Below, one piece after another: positions 23,481-37,715 of a stretch of 64,000 bases of DNA. Where the stretch lies: positions 40,195 to 104,194 of the forward strand of contig NMRA01000202.1 in NCBI GenBank assembly GCA_002633005.1. Direction: 5' to 3'. The translations under genes and the position numbers were made by a program. Origin of the DNA: Phoronis australis (taxonomy: Eukaryota > Animalia > Phoronida). The first letter of the stretch is position 1, and every line of letters starts with the position of its first letter. The notes beneath the pieces were generated by a model that saw nothing but the letters and a program-made list of their open reading frames with translations, was not told the DNA's origin and made no database searches.

Positions 23481-26400
23481 CTGCCAAACTACTTCGCGTG
23501 TTTGTCGTGAACTGCGAAATGGATTCACATAAAATTACGAGTTGCCGAAAGGTGAACAAAATGCGTATGTTTTAGGAGCTAAATATTTTGGCAACATGGC
23601 ACTCATTTAGACACTGAAACTTTTTGGAAAGTCATGTAATTGCAACAATTAAATGTGGGCAAAGTGAGAGCATTTAAATGCAAAGATATGTAAAATTTTG
23701 TCGATTAGCATTCGGCCCAACTTGCCTGTGAACCCTTCTGAGTATGCACTGGAGGTGTAAAAAAACTCCCTGAACTTCAGTTTATCTGTACTATGCACAG
23801 TTGATGACAGGCAGGTGCCATTCCTTGATGTAGTTGACATGCGACTATAGTCGTTGACGGCAAGCGTAGATGTAATGACGTTCATCAATGCGTGCAGTCG
23901 CTTGGCCGATGGTCAATGACAGGCGGCCATGGTCAGCAAGATCCAAACCTAAGAAAGAAAAACCAAGAATGATAAATTAACTACAAGTCAATAATTACCT
24001 TATTCATCCACATTAACAATAACACACAGCTAGGGCACTTAATTGAGACATTCAAAAATCAGAAAGTGGGCATTAAGCTGAGCATGGTCACATTAACGGA
24101 ATTTAGATAAAAGTTGAGTTGCTTAATAAGAGTGTCTTGACCACTTTTGCACTTAAGTACTACTCTATGATGTTCATAAAAATTAGAAAACCATTTCATT
24201 ACTGCTTCAGTGTGTCTTTTTCAGCATGAATAATTGGCAAGGCACGCCGATATGATACCATCGACCTTTGTTACTGCCGAAAGATGAACTGACAAGACGC
24301 ACACATTTTGGAAGATAAATTTTTATGTGGGATTCTTGTTCGACTGACACTTTTAAGTAAGCTTGACTTACATAGGTTAGAAGTGGATGCTAAGCCACAC
24401 ACGAGTGAAGATTTAGAAATTTTGGTCACTGGCATTTGGCTGAATTTAGTTGTTGACAAGTAAAGGTAAAATTGCCAGTGTATACCCTGTGTCCATCCGA
24501 ATTACAGGTTCCTGATACATCTGTGCCCTTCCTTGATGCATATGCAATCACTATGTGGCTTAAGTACCTGATTGTGGCCAGGATGCACTGGCGTTCCTCA
24601 GGTCAATAGGATGGTCCCGGCTATAAAGCTCCTTTGTCCCCGGAGGTGGGAAATTGCGATGTTACATTGGCCTTGGTTTAGAAATCTCGGATACCATCGT
24701 ATCTACAAATAATTCTCAAGTTAATCCAACTTTCTGCCATCAGGGGTTGCAGCCACAGCACAGCTGAGCAAAACTTTTCTGTCATTGGAAGGTTGAACTC
24801 AATGCAATCAATACAAATTGAATGAAAATTGACAACGGTGACAACAAAACTTGATAACTGCTTGACAGATGTTGAAGCTTTGTGGGTAATCCGGGAGCAT
24901 CCTACTGAGTTATGGTTAATGACAGGCAGTGATGTCAGCAAATGGTGATCCTAGATGCATAGATGGAAAACAAACGTCACAATTCAATTCATAGAGAAGG
25001 AAGAAGGGTATGGAATGCGATTTTGTAATTAGGCTGAAATCACAGAAAATACGTGACATGAAAGTTGAGGGAAAGTTGGGGTCACTTAAGAAAATTATTA
25101 GCGTCATGATAGGACAAAGAATTGTGGCTCTTGTGAAGGAAAAGGAATGACAGTCTGCCAGGATTAGTGAAACTTGAAAAGTCGTAATATTATTGTAAAT
25201 CATGAAATCAATGATTTTACTAATTAGCTTGAATGCTGATACAACCCCTCTTCTCTGCCCTTTACAATTATCACAGAGCAGCATCCTCGACGGAACCTAA
25301 AAAGAAAAGAAGAAACAAAAAGTATTAGCAAACAAGTTTACAATCACTGTACCCACCCTGGTCTCTGCTTGTGGCATTTAATGGGACGTTCAAAAATAGA
25401 GATTCCCGTCAGAACACTTTTTTCAGAAAATCGCAATTGCATAAATTGAACGAACATAAAGTATTTATAAATGTAAATTTGGGCAATTAGCATTTCATTG
25501 ATCTTGGGTGTTTTAACCCTGACGAGTATGGTTGGAAATCTTTGTGTACAGATTCCTGTACTTCAGTGTCCATCTGTATAAACGGTTGCTGGCATCGTGG
25601 CCAAGCGCAAACATGAAAATGACATTACTCATATCTTAAGAGACATGGTTTGAAGGTCACCGTGAGTGAAAACAAAATATAATTGTGGGGCTCCAAAACT
25701 TGAAAGACACTTGGTCGTGAATCACAAAATTGATAATTTTTTCAGGAACCAGGATCGGCATACACCCCCCTCTAGTTACCACAGAGCAGCATTCTGAAAA
25801 GAAATCCAAGAAAACAAACGAAGTTCATCCATCGACTACACGTTCACGGATGCACGGCTGGTTGAACGGTGCTCAAGTAATGTGCCACAGCGAGGGCATC
25901 ATCCTGGAAGAAACCTGAAACAATAATTAATGATTGTCACTTGTCTACAAGACGCACAGGAGAACCAAACTGATGGTGAACAGGTGAGGACTGGTGAAGA
26001 TTGGCCACAGCGTTCTTAACACTTGTACAACCTGGAACTGATAAAGAACAAGAGAGGAATGAAAAGCTGTTGTGATCCTGAAAGTTCAAAAAATGCAGTC
26101 ATGAATCATTACATTTTGTAATTTGGCGCCCCTTCACCCCGCTCCACTTATCAACGGGCAGCATCCTGAAGGAAGGAACCTATAGAAAATGAAAATTCCA
26201 TCCATTAATTACAATTAGAAACGCACAAAAAGGACTTGAGGAACAGAAGGATGATAGGTCGGTAGCAGCTACGCAGAAATATTGCCTAAGCTGGTGGTTA
26301 TTAAATAACCACACAAAAAATTGTTTGTAATTGTTAGTCAGATTTGTTGATATGTAAGTAGTTGCGCAACCCTAGTGACCTAAGGTTTTAACCCTGTCTG

Positions 26401-28579
26401 TTGCTGTGGTTAACTAAAGGTGAAAAAGCAATTGTCCTAGCTTTGAGCTCTCTAAGTGTTCAAAGATTGACCACTATGAAAACAAAATTGACTGTCAGTA
26501 TTGTGTGCCTACTCTATGACTGGAGTAAGTAACACACTCAGTTACCAATAAAAATTCTCCAATTTGGGACAATTTCTAACTTTGGGACACAGAAAATAAC
26601 ACAAAAGTTGAGTTTAAGGTTCCGAAGATTGGGATATGTGTACTTTTACTCAGGTTCGTAACATCAAGAGGAAGGAAATTGTTAAATTTTCATTGTCCCG
26701 ATTTGGAAATTTTTAATAAAACTTATTACAACGGTAAACTTCATCGTGAAAACTAATTAATATTTCAAAGGTACTCTTTCCTCTAGTTCCACTATTTAAG
26801 AACATAAAACTAGTGTCATGATTCAGAAGGTATCACAAAAGTAGGAACATTTTGTAAATTGCAGCTGTGTATTGCAGTTGCATTGTGTCCAACAAAGAAT
26901 TTTGAAGTTCAGTAGCATGCAAATGTGCTAGCCATTTTATTGATGCAACCATAAATAAAGCGACAACAGTAACTTTAATTACAGAGGATAAAAACTCAGT
27001 TAGGCCAAAAAAACAAACTTTTAGTTGGTTCTCATTTTGAGACCTGTGATCAACGAGTAAAGGAAAGCTGGCCCAAATCAATTTGAATCAACGTTTCGGA
27101 ATCATGTTTTTCGGAAGCTGCACAGACGAGTATGCGGTGGTAAGCAAGATATGAAATGCCATGATTTCCCAGACAATGAGTAAAAAATAACAGATAAATC
27201 TAGTACGCTCATCTCAGGTGGATTTTCTTTTTGAAAAAGTGAGAAACTGAAAACGACCACCCCGCAACTCGATTTTCAAAAACAGCAGAACAATGCTTTT
27301 TTGGCCTTACAGTAAAAATTCTCTATTGTGGCACAGTCGCTGAATTCATTGACACCAAATTTCAAGCCAAAATTAGGACTTTCTTGATTGTGAACATTGG
27401 GAGATGGGCAATATTGGCGCTCACCATATTTCTCAACTATCAAACACCAAACACGGCGTTTTGCATCAGCAGTTTGAATGTAAGTTCTTAGGAACAAAAT
27501 GATTTTTCCCTGTCTCAATAGGAGACTTTTAACCTTCATAGCTCCTGGAATTCAATTTCTATACATAGAACTTTCATGACCAGATCTAAAGTGAACAACA
27601 GCATTCACAATGATACAGTGAACCCAGCTAATGAAACTCAGCATTACCAGCTGCTGGTTTTTCAGAATTGGTGAAATCAGTCACCGGTTGCTTCATAATG
27701 CCACTTGGGTTCTAACAAATCACAACATCTGGAGTAACACCTAACCACTAAAGTACACACTAAGATGTACCAGTGATTTTGTTTTCCTTTTTTCCTAACG
27801 TAAGAGTAAGTGGCTTAATCATTTTTGACATTCGTTACCATGGCTACCACCAAACAATTTTTAAGAAATTGTGGGCATCCACATCACATGAGCCAGTAAT
27901 AGCCACTTTTCGAAAAAAACACCGACATTGTGGAATATAACTTTCGCTAGATGGCGATAATGTAGTTTGTAATTTTTTTTGTAATTCTTGGCCACCAACA
28001 ATTTTGTTCTCAAATTGCCACTGCTTTGCAGTGGGACATTCTTGCATACCAGAATTAGAAAGTGGTGAGACCTTAACATAAACAAACACAAAGTAACGTA
28101 ATGCAAACTGCATAGTTGCCAACATTCCAAAAATGAAAAAACAGAACACTTGTACAGGAAGACGAATTTCCTGAGCAACACTCTGACATGATGTCTAAAG
28201 CATGTCTTTTACTCAATGATGTCGACTTGTTTGGTGCAATGGTGCATGACGAAGCATCAAAAAGCACATGGCCCAAAAGTCAGACAGTTGGCAATTATGT
28301 AACTATAGCAACCCAGGATCATTATGGGCAAGAAAAGTGATATTCCGAGATCAGTCTCAGATTGAAATCAACAAATGCTGTTGTTCTATAGAATCTGGTC
28401 AATGCTAATAATTTCAAGAAGTTTGGTTCATCCAGAGATCACTCCAAAACTGCATTAAACGGTGATGCAATAAAACCGATGATGTCCCTTAATGTTAAAC
28501 AGACTACTTGACTGTATAGTGTCATACGATGGCAATAAACATTCCGTCCTATAGAATGTAAACTATCTTCTTAATCAAA

Positions 28580-28692
28580 TATATACATGTATATATCTGT
28601 GTGTATACTATACATTATATATGTATATATCTGTGTGTATACTGTATATTATATATGTATATATCTGTGTGTATACTATATATGTTATATAT
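28580..28692. repeat. 34-bp TA-rich minisatellite (about 3 copies)
   Basis: Repeats of atgtatatatctgtgtgtatact...attatat. Confidence 0.9.
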
Positions 28693-31639
28693 CATAAACA
28701 AACTATAATTAAACTACAGGACGGTCCCAGATTACACAGCCACACGTGTTAGCAAAGTTTGCCATGCCATTCAGGCTGCAATGCCGACGGCAGAAAGTTG
28801 AACAAACACGAGGAGTATCAATGGATACAATAATTTCCGACACCATATCTCAAACGAGGCCAATGTAATGCATTTTTCTATATCCAGGACAAATGAGCTT
28901 TCCATCTGGTACCATCCTAATACGATAACACTTCGCCAAATTAGGACACAATATGACCGACAAGTGATTTTTTCCAAAGTTTTCTATGAAAGACATGTCG
29001 TACCAAATTTATGCTCTTTTGCGTTGAAGTTCAATAACACAACTATCACCAGACAACATTCTGAAAAAAGGTGAATGTTTTAGACAATGTTTGAAGCATT
29101 TGAAAAATAAAAATGGTTATTTGAGCAATTGGGGAGATTTTACCATATCTTAAGCAGCATTTCATCCTGTTCAGCCTGCTAAAAATGAAATTGAATGCAG
29201 CCCTTTGCTCTTACAAAATAAGCATCAAAAACGTTCACAGGATTTGTTTTGTATTACCAGGAAAAACATACCAACCTTTCAAAGGTCCAGAAAACCACTG
29301 ATAAATTGTCAATTTAACTGGGTTGGCCAAACTCGAAATTTGTAATTGGTACACAGATAACTGCGTTAAAAGATTAATCAGTCACATGACAAAAATGACA
29401 ATTTCTCTTAAATAAATCACAAATCAAAATAAGTTTTATGACAGATAACAAACAGGATGAAATGCAGCTCTTTAAACTTTATAATATTTCGAAGTTCAAC
29501 ATATATAAATGATATAACTTTTTAAACTTTTTTTCATTTTTTTATCTTTTTTTTGGTTTATATTTTTCTATTTTTTATTTATATTTTATATTTCTTAATA
29601 TTTTTTTAGTTTACAACTCAACAATATTTAAATGTAACTATGAGGTTTTCATTCACACACACATGCACACACACTTTCACACATTGGATCAAAACTGTAT
29701 GGTCTAACGATTCGCCTGCGATCTCATAGGTAAACTGGATGCTCTGACAAAAATTCTGGGTCATTTTGCCTCATTACTTTTGCCGTAAGCTGTTCATTGA
29801 AGTTGGATACTGACAGTGGCTGATGGTTAAAACCATGTGTATTTAATAGGTCTTAAAAATGGAAAGCAATGATTTAGTACCTACCTATCTTTTTAAGAAA
29901 AAAATAAAAAACAAGAATTCACTCCTCAGGCATTTTGTGTATTAAATTGGCGAGATTTTACTGTATTCTCAATAGAAAATATAAAGCAAAGACAGAAAAT
30001 TGCTCACCATTAGGCATTGCTCGTTGAATGGTGTTGTTAGCCTCGTCTTGGGCACTGGTGACATGTGTCGCCAAGCAGGTGGTGAGTAGGGTGGTGGCGT
30101 TCTGGGGCGAAAGTTGACAGAAGGTGATGAAACAGACTTCCCAGCGTACGTAGACAGGTCAAATGCACTCATCAGGCAGTCGAGCTGGTGGAATACAGTA
30201 ATGTTAGTGATTGTCTTCCATTGAGCACTGTCGGTAAACAGTACAACAGACACGACATTTAAGGCATAATTTGTGTTGTTCATTCAATCAAAACAAAACT
30301 AAAGCAATGAGTAAATAACAAAGAGTTTTTAGGCCAACATATTTAATTGACATGTATATATCTTACTGGTCGGTTGACGAATAGGGCAGCATTGCCAAAA
30401 GAACCTATAGAAAAAAATATTGTTCATCCATCAACTGATAATTCACAATGGTGTACAAGAATTCACAATGGTGTACCAGTTCAGCAATTTTGCTCACATG
30501 AGGGCGCTACGACCAAGTCTGAGTTCGCCTCAGTAGTCGTGGTTTATGATCAATTTTGCTCCGGACTACACAAGTAAAGGCTAAAATTAATTACCTTTAC
30601 AGATCTGCATGTTAATTGGGGGGAAATAGTTCACTCATAATTAATTGCCATGTAATGAATTAGTGGGATTGAACAGGAAAATTGAGTGTTAGTCATTACC
30701 ATTTGAAAAACTCAGAATCATGGCATGAATTTAGTTTCCGTGACAGAAAGTCAATAGATCCTCCATACATATCAAGATACAGAGTGTTGAATTTTAAAAT
30801 CATAAGCATAAGCATTTTATTTCCACTCTGTCAGCAGTCTGCGAAAGATAATTATATTTCAGACCAGCAGTTTTAAAATTTGTTGTCATGTCAAAATGCT
30901 ATGAACACAAAATTCACATTGTAATTTATATTTAATAATTCACTAAAATTTTACCTATTGAAGTTACATTACAGTACAATATACGATGCTTTTCCCAACA
31001 GGCGCAACTACAAAATGCTTCTTTAAAGTTATCAGTTGGGGGTTACAGGCACTCATTTACTTACACAGCCTCTGGGCTCATTATGGCACACTTGTTTTCT
31101 TTGGAGATGTAGCACAGTTAACACTGTGAATTGAAATCATTTTATTTGCCATGCAAAGCTTCCTTATGACCTTTGATGATACCTCTCTAACATTACTAAA
31201 CTTTTCTATCATATCTGTTTCCAACCAAATACTGCATTCCTCTTTTTGAAATCCATGTGAGTACTATTAATTTATCCTACAGGCTGCTAATTAGTCATGC
31301 CAAAGGTCAGTCATGCAAACAGCAATATTATATCTGCCTGTCCATGAGTGTTCCCAGCATTTGGGGCTGTGTTGCTCCAACATCTAAGACAGCTATGACT
31401 AACCCATACTAATTGATTCACAAATTAATGTTGGTGGCTTAGCCGCGATGCTGAAGAAAATCTAATCGCTAATTTCTTATACTGAATCGATTTTAAAAAT
31501 TTTCAAAAACAGCTACTTACTTTTCAATTTTAAAAACATGTTGGTTGTTTGCCTAGCTCAATGTTTATATCTCACTTAATCTCGCAATCTTGCTTTTTAG
31601 TGAGGTTAGCTGGTTCCCTAGGTGTCGGCTAGGGGAAGG

Positions 31640-32030
31640 GGACATTGGTTAGATTTGAAACACACAAAGAAAATGGCGGACAATTGTCAACATCTTTGCG
31701 AACTAAGTTTTCTCTCTACAGTATCCATAACGTAAGAAACTAGAGAAAGACCGAGTACAGTGTTATATGTGACCTGAGCTTGCCATCGAAATAGCAGAAA
31801 AGGACACTCTAGCTGTAGGCTAATGCCAACAGGCTACGAAAAATGCAAACCTCAAATGTACGACCACAACTTTCTGATTCAAATTTCACGAACATTTCTC
31901 AATTGAGCACCGAATTATTTGTACAACAGACCACAAACTATATCATTCCACATTCTTCCTCCGTCATGCCGGTTTGTTTATGTATACATGTAAAGCGCTA
32001 CCTGTTGACAATTTATCAGCCAATCAGAAA
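31640..32030 (-). promoter_or_regulatory. Possible promoter region (YY1 and CCAAT motifs)
   Basis: AAAATGGCGG (YY1 consensus) at 31670-31679, CCAAT boxes at ~31644 (minus) and ~32020 (AGCCAATCAG). Lies just upstream of the minus-strand exon series. Confidence 0.3.
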
Positions 32031-33523
32031 CGCCGGTGTAAAAATTTTCCCCCGAGAAAAATTGACGATCATGAAAATCGCATTTTTCCAGCCGGCCGAA
32101 ATCCAACCGGGGTCAGTCATGCAAGACGAAGTTTTGTTTCGCGAACTTAGCGGCGATTTATTAGCAGCCTGTGCTCTTTACTAGTGCGCTTTGCAAACAA
32201 CATGATTTGTCAATGGTTCGAGCAATGTACATATATAATCCGAAAAATTGAGAGGCACAGGAAACTATGAAAACAATACTTCATGGTATATGGGCACTGG
32301 TGCACCACAAGGGCGGGTTTGGGGGGGGGGCTGTAGTCCCCACTTTTTTCAGTGCTGTGCCGCCCATGTAATTGGTTCCAAAAATTTTTTGAGATGTTTA
32401 GGGTTTAGGGTAGAGATTGAAAGCACATTTTAGATACGTAAAATACGATAAGTTTCTCAAGAGCTCCTTTATTAAGGTAACTTGGCCTTTTATGGTTAAT
32501 CAGAAGTGAGGGTAGTATTGAGAGTTTCTCCGCCACGGCAGTTGGTTAAACCAAAATACTTACTCAAAATTTTGAAACCATTCGCTGGATCAAACAATGT
32601 AATCTACTGTCATTTTGTAAGAACTCATATTTTGCATGGAAAGTGAACAACCGCTTCACTCTGAACTACAAAGCGATAACTAACGGTTGCATCTAAAGCT
32701 AACGTTTAGCTATCGATGTTAAATTGCGAAGCGCTCGGGGTATAAAAACAAGATCAGGCTCATCCGATCTTGAATCGTGGCGAATGAGTTGACAACAAAA
32801 CTTAGTAATGGCAGTTAAAGAGAAAGGCAAAATTATCACAAAATGACATAAGAGTTCACATGCAATCATACATTTCAAAACTCTCACTTGATTAACTCTT
32901 TTTTCAGCGATTTCCATCCTTGCCAAATGGAAAATTGTTGAGGGTCACACCCCAAACACCCCTTTCTAAGGGGTTACCACCTGACCAGCTAAGGTCAGCA
33001 TCGTTATGCTTTTTGTAGTCAATCATGAGTGTTTGCCTGACAACCGTTGTCAAAAAGCTAACGTCGGCTTAACACATGTTATAAAAGCAGGGTACTTACT
33101 AGGTGATGGATCCACAGAAGGTGTTCAGGTAATCTGTGAAGGCATTCTCACTTGTTCAGGCACTCCACACAATATATAACTCTCGTAGTTGTAGTAGTAA
33201 TTAGGTTTCACAATATATAGAAATCTCATAGTAGTAGTAATAAGGCTCGTATATCGCAGTAGTAATCGCACGTCTCTCTTGTCTCAATAGCAGTTTTCTG
33301 GTTCGAATAGCAATATTCATTTGGCGGGAAATTCAAAAGTCACGTGGCAAGAGACTTAGCGCACCCACTCCCCGTTGTTATCTATTAGATGCACTCAATA
33401 GGCAGTGCTGAGAAACACAGTTAGGCCACTCCCACCATAGTTACCTGTTGTGAAGTCCCACTGAGCGCAAATCAAATATGAAGTTAGGTTCTCAGCATAT
33501 GTATCACCTGAACAGCCTCCCTT

Positions 33524-33670
33524 TCAGTAACGCTAGGACCTCGCTAAAAAGCAAGACTTCACGAGATTACGTGAGATATTGCCGTGTATTTTAAATACAA
33601 ACACGTGACTTTGACTAGATTTTAGCCAGGTCCTAGCGTAGGTCCTAGCGTGGGTCCTAGCGTCTACTGA
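33524..33670. mobile_element. ~120-bp MITE, family copy 1
   Basis: TIRs AACGCTAGGACCTCGCTAAAA...TTTTAGCCAGGTCCTAGCGT; the right end GGTCCTAGCGT is triplicated. Confidence 0.8.
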
Positions 33671-33865
33671 ACGCACGCCAGGTTCTTTTCGATGGAGTTC
33701 CCGATGTGGAGCCAAACCATCACAAAGGTCTTAGGGGGGAGGATGGTGGACTCTCAATTGAGCTTCATTCACGTGTCAGGTCGCTTTTGGGTTCCGCTTA
33801 GTTACATAGCACAAGTACAGTTGTATAAGGCGGGGTGAGGGGGAGGGGCAAAGGATGAAAACGTT

Positions 33866-33944
33866 GGACACGGAAAGAAAACGGTGGGCATAGAACTTCA
33901 GGACTTTAATGAAGTTCTCTGCCCACCGTTTTCTTTCCGTGTCC
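33866..33944. other. 35-bp near-perfect hairpin with a 9-nt loop
   Basis: ggacacggaaagaaaacggtgggcatagaacttca / tgaagttctctgcccaccgttttctttccgtgtcc, one mismatch. Confidence 0.85.
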
Positions 33945-36825
33945 TGATGTGAGATTTTTTGAAAAAACTCTTTAACGAGGTCTCACCGTAGGTGAGCAAA
34001 TTATCCCTACGCTTTAACTGTGGATTTTCTTAGCATTATTACTGCTAATCCATGCCACGAGGTCGAATCTAGGGTCCCCACCCCAGATCTTTAAAAAATT
34101 GCTCATATATCCTGGTGAGATATGTTCTAAATCTTTATTTCAAATCATCCGAGTCAGTGTTTTTTAAGTTGGAGCATCATCAATATTTTGGCCCAAAAGA
34201 GCCCATTTTGGGTGCAAATATGTTCAGTTAGTTGAATAGTTTAAAAACAGTTCAAATGAAAAGTAGAGAAAAAATGTTTCAATATTTTTTCGTAAAAATT
34301 GACCCTCTCTATCAGAAGACAGTCTTTGAATTTTCAAAAGAGTTTCCAGTAACCTTACTTGGAGCGCCAAAATGCGCTAAATTATGCCTATTTTGCGTTT
34401 AGCCATTTTTGAGGTATTTCAGGTGCCAGTTTGCGGGATGATAATAATTTCAGATAATATTTCCTAATCAGTTTTGTGTGTGACTAAGAAAACGGAAAAT
34501 ACGAGAATTGGGCTTTTTGTTCATTTCCAAGCAATAGTCGACGGAAAGGACATACCACCTCCTATTTTAAAATCCTTGACTGTCGGTGAACGCCATCAAG
34601 AGGCTTCGTATTTTGCAAATATATTTCCATGTTTATGACAATTGCCGACGTCAATTTTTTGATGATTTTATTACTGCTGGTTCCTATGGTTGCGCTTTCT
34701 ATAACTTGATTTCTTTGGTGAAATTTCATAAATGTGGTCAAATCGTTTCTATCCAGGAATCAGTGGCACATGTTTGGTTTCGAATGATTCTAACCTGTGC
34801 TGTCCACCATTTCCTAATTTGGGACCACCCCCCTCCCCTCCCCTGCCATGAACTGATGCTGTGACCTTATAGCGTCTAACTTATTACATGATAGTCGTTA
34901 CATAAAAATACAAAATCATTTCAATCTGAGTCTTGTCATTTCTACAGTATACCAATCGCTTGGTTGATTCCACCCCAACTGATTTTGTCAGGGGTTGTCA
35001 CACTCCCGTCTTTACAAATATTGGACTCGTTGATTTCAAACATTAAAGGGAGTCGAGGATTACATCTGACAAGTTAAATCTGAATTTGACAAGCCTGATA
35101 ATGAAAAATTACGAAGCTATAAGGATGAAGGATTTGAACAATCCTCACAGTCACTTAACTGTTTAAATGTGTCCTGTTCCTGTAAATCAATTAAGACTCT
35201 TTACATTTTGAAGCTTTTATATGACCTGAACAAGAAAGTAACAAGTTACAAAACATGAATTAAAAACATAATTTATAAGTGAAATCAAAAATATGTGTCT
35301 TATTGTGGCACAAGACAAACTAACATTCAAACAACAAACGATTCCATTTAATTTTTTCAACACAATTGATTGAATGGTCAATTCACATTGAAAAAATAGA
35401 ATACTCCATGTAGTTTTAGCACAAACACCAGAAAATTGTACAAAACTGCTTTTTGTACAGCATGGTGTCTAAAAATTAATATAGTTTAATCATGCCTGAT
35501 GGCATCCAACCAGTTGAACATGCCTTTCAGCTCAGCAAAAGTAGCCATGTTGTCAGTGCTGCCGGGTATGCAACTGGCGTACAGGATTGCCGACCCAGTC
35601 AAATATGTAAATCAAATTTTGACACAAAAATAATGATAACTTTTGAACGCAACATGCGAATTAGATCATTTTCTGATTTTGTTTTCATACAACGACAGAG
35701 TTCCTTTGATAGAGGATTTGATGTCTAAAACAAAAAAGTAATTTCCGATTCTCCCGCTTCATAAAGTCTCGAAATCTTAATTCAAAAGAATAGCTTATAA
35801 CGAAAGCTTTTAAAAAGTGCTTAAAACCACCATTTACATCGTCTTGACTAGTCACGACATTGTCCGCGTCACGTCATTAGACTTTCCGTTTCAGTACTAC
35901 CAGGCCCGTAGGAAGGCAAAGCTATGGGGGACCTAAAACTCATGGTGACCACACAGTTTTACAAGAACAATAAATAAGCAACTAAATCNTACCTCGAAAT
36001 CCTGAATCTGCCCCTGTTACAATCCCGGGGATGAAGCCATCAAGAATTGAGTGCTCCGTGAACCAACACGAAGATCAAGAATGGGCCTAGGACCAGTACA
36101 CTGATCTTTAGCGAGGAGCTGCCTCAAGTAGCTATAGCTGAGACCGAACAGTGTGAAAATACGAAATTCCCTATGAACTAAAGCTAGTTGCTGGTCAGCT
36201 CAGCTGTGATTCACTTGAGACAGACAGCTCGTACCGGCCGTCTACGCTCGCTTTAAGGTCAAGATTCGTTTTATTGTGATCTAGTTTCGGGAAATTTTTT
36301 TTTTATTATGGTCATCCTTTGAAGGAGTTTTATTTTTTGAAAAGGTGAGGTCTCGAAGTCCCTGCTATTTTTATAAAATTAACCATTTCATTGGAATTTG
36401 AGAGTCAGGTATTATATTTACATGGGAGGCACATGTACCCATCTCTATATATCTGAAAGTGAAATTATTCCTAAGGACAGCACAGTTACCAAATGCAGAA
36501 AAAAAAACGTGAGCACTAAAATCCAAAGACAATAGTAGGCCTAATGTTTTTATTATTAATGCATAAATAATTCTTAGATGATGTAGCTAGTCAGTTTGAG
36601 AACAATAGCACAGGGGTTTGAAAATAGCGTTGGACAGTATGAATACTTTGGGAAGACGGGGGAAAATATGCTAAATTATTTATTACTGTCATCACCGGCA
36701 CAACAGACCAATTAGAAATTTTCGTTCGCCAGATCTCTGAGGAAACTGTTATTACGTTTCGCATTATTACTAAAGTCGTATACTCAAGACTCCAGTTTAC
36801 AAATCAAGCACGGCAACTCATCATT

Positions 36826-37257
36826 CAAGGTACCTAAACTACACGGTCAACGGACTCATAAACACGACTCACGGACCTGCAAACACCGTCCACTTACTCA
36901 CAAACACGGGAACGGGCTCACAAAACACGTTCCACGCACCCAAATACACGGGACACGAACTCATATTCACGAGGAAACACGGTTAACGGACCGCCAAACA
37001 CGGGTCACGGACGAAATGAAGATGTCAGCTGAACCACGGGAAGCCGATGAGTCCGTGACCCGTGTTTGGCGGTCCGTTAACCGTGTTTCCTCGTGAATAG
37101 GAGTCTGTGTCCCGTGTATTTGGGTGCGTGGATAGTGTTTTGTGAGTCCGTTCCCGTGTTTGTGAGTCAGTGGACGGTGTTTGCAGGTCCGTGAGTCGTG
37201 TTCATGCGTCCGTGCCCGTGTTTATGAGTCCATTTACCGTGTAGTTTAGGTACCTTG
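36826..37257. mobile_element. Foldback-type non-autonomous DNA transposon
   Basis: ~190-bp inverted arms built from ~20-bp AAACACGG..CACGGAC subrepeats, termini CAAGGTACC...GGTACCTTG, and a 5-bp TSD TCATT at 36821-36825 and 37258-37262. Confidence 0.85.
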
Positions 37258-37715
37258 TCATTGTTCACGTTTTAACATACCAAGAATCATTCATGAAATT
37301 ATAATACACTCTTCAGTTCTAGATAAGATAAACACTCATGGCCACTGACTAGCTCAGTCCTTTCAAGATATTACAGGCTGGAACAAAAGTTTAGATACTT
37401 ACGCAATATGTAATTACTTAAGCTGCTTCTACTGCAACTATGTCCAACGTCAATAGCCATATACAAATTGTACTATTTCACAGAAACATTACTCATTTTC
37501 GCGCACTTACAGACACACACGCAAAAACACACACTTACAAGCAAACGTGCACGCATGACCATCTTAAATATTTATCATGGACCCGCGGGCACAGCACAGT
37601 TCATTGTAGCCCTTGTTATTACAACCAATTGACCTATCGCCAGGATTTTGAGTGACGACTTAACTGACCATTTAGAACGCAGCATTATTGACACACCTTC
37701 GTTTCCAAGCCGTCA

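Larger units (their letters stand above)
21180..30404 (-). other. Series of duplicated splice-acceptor/mini-exon modules (putative spliced non-coding transcript)
   Basis: Pyrimidine tract plus AG acceptors, with exons starting at 30404, 26179, 25914, 25793, 25296 and 21240, each followed within ~15 nt by ATGMTGCYC. Exons with plausible donors: 30367-30404 (GTAAGA), 30008-30227 (GTGAG) and 26113-26179 (GTAATG). Confidence 0.45.

Noticed and set aside
21580-23510. His-rich ORFs on both strands
   Set aside because: By-products of the 61-bp degenerate repeat, which is not a multiple of 3; no recognisable domain.
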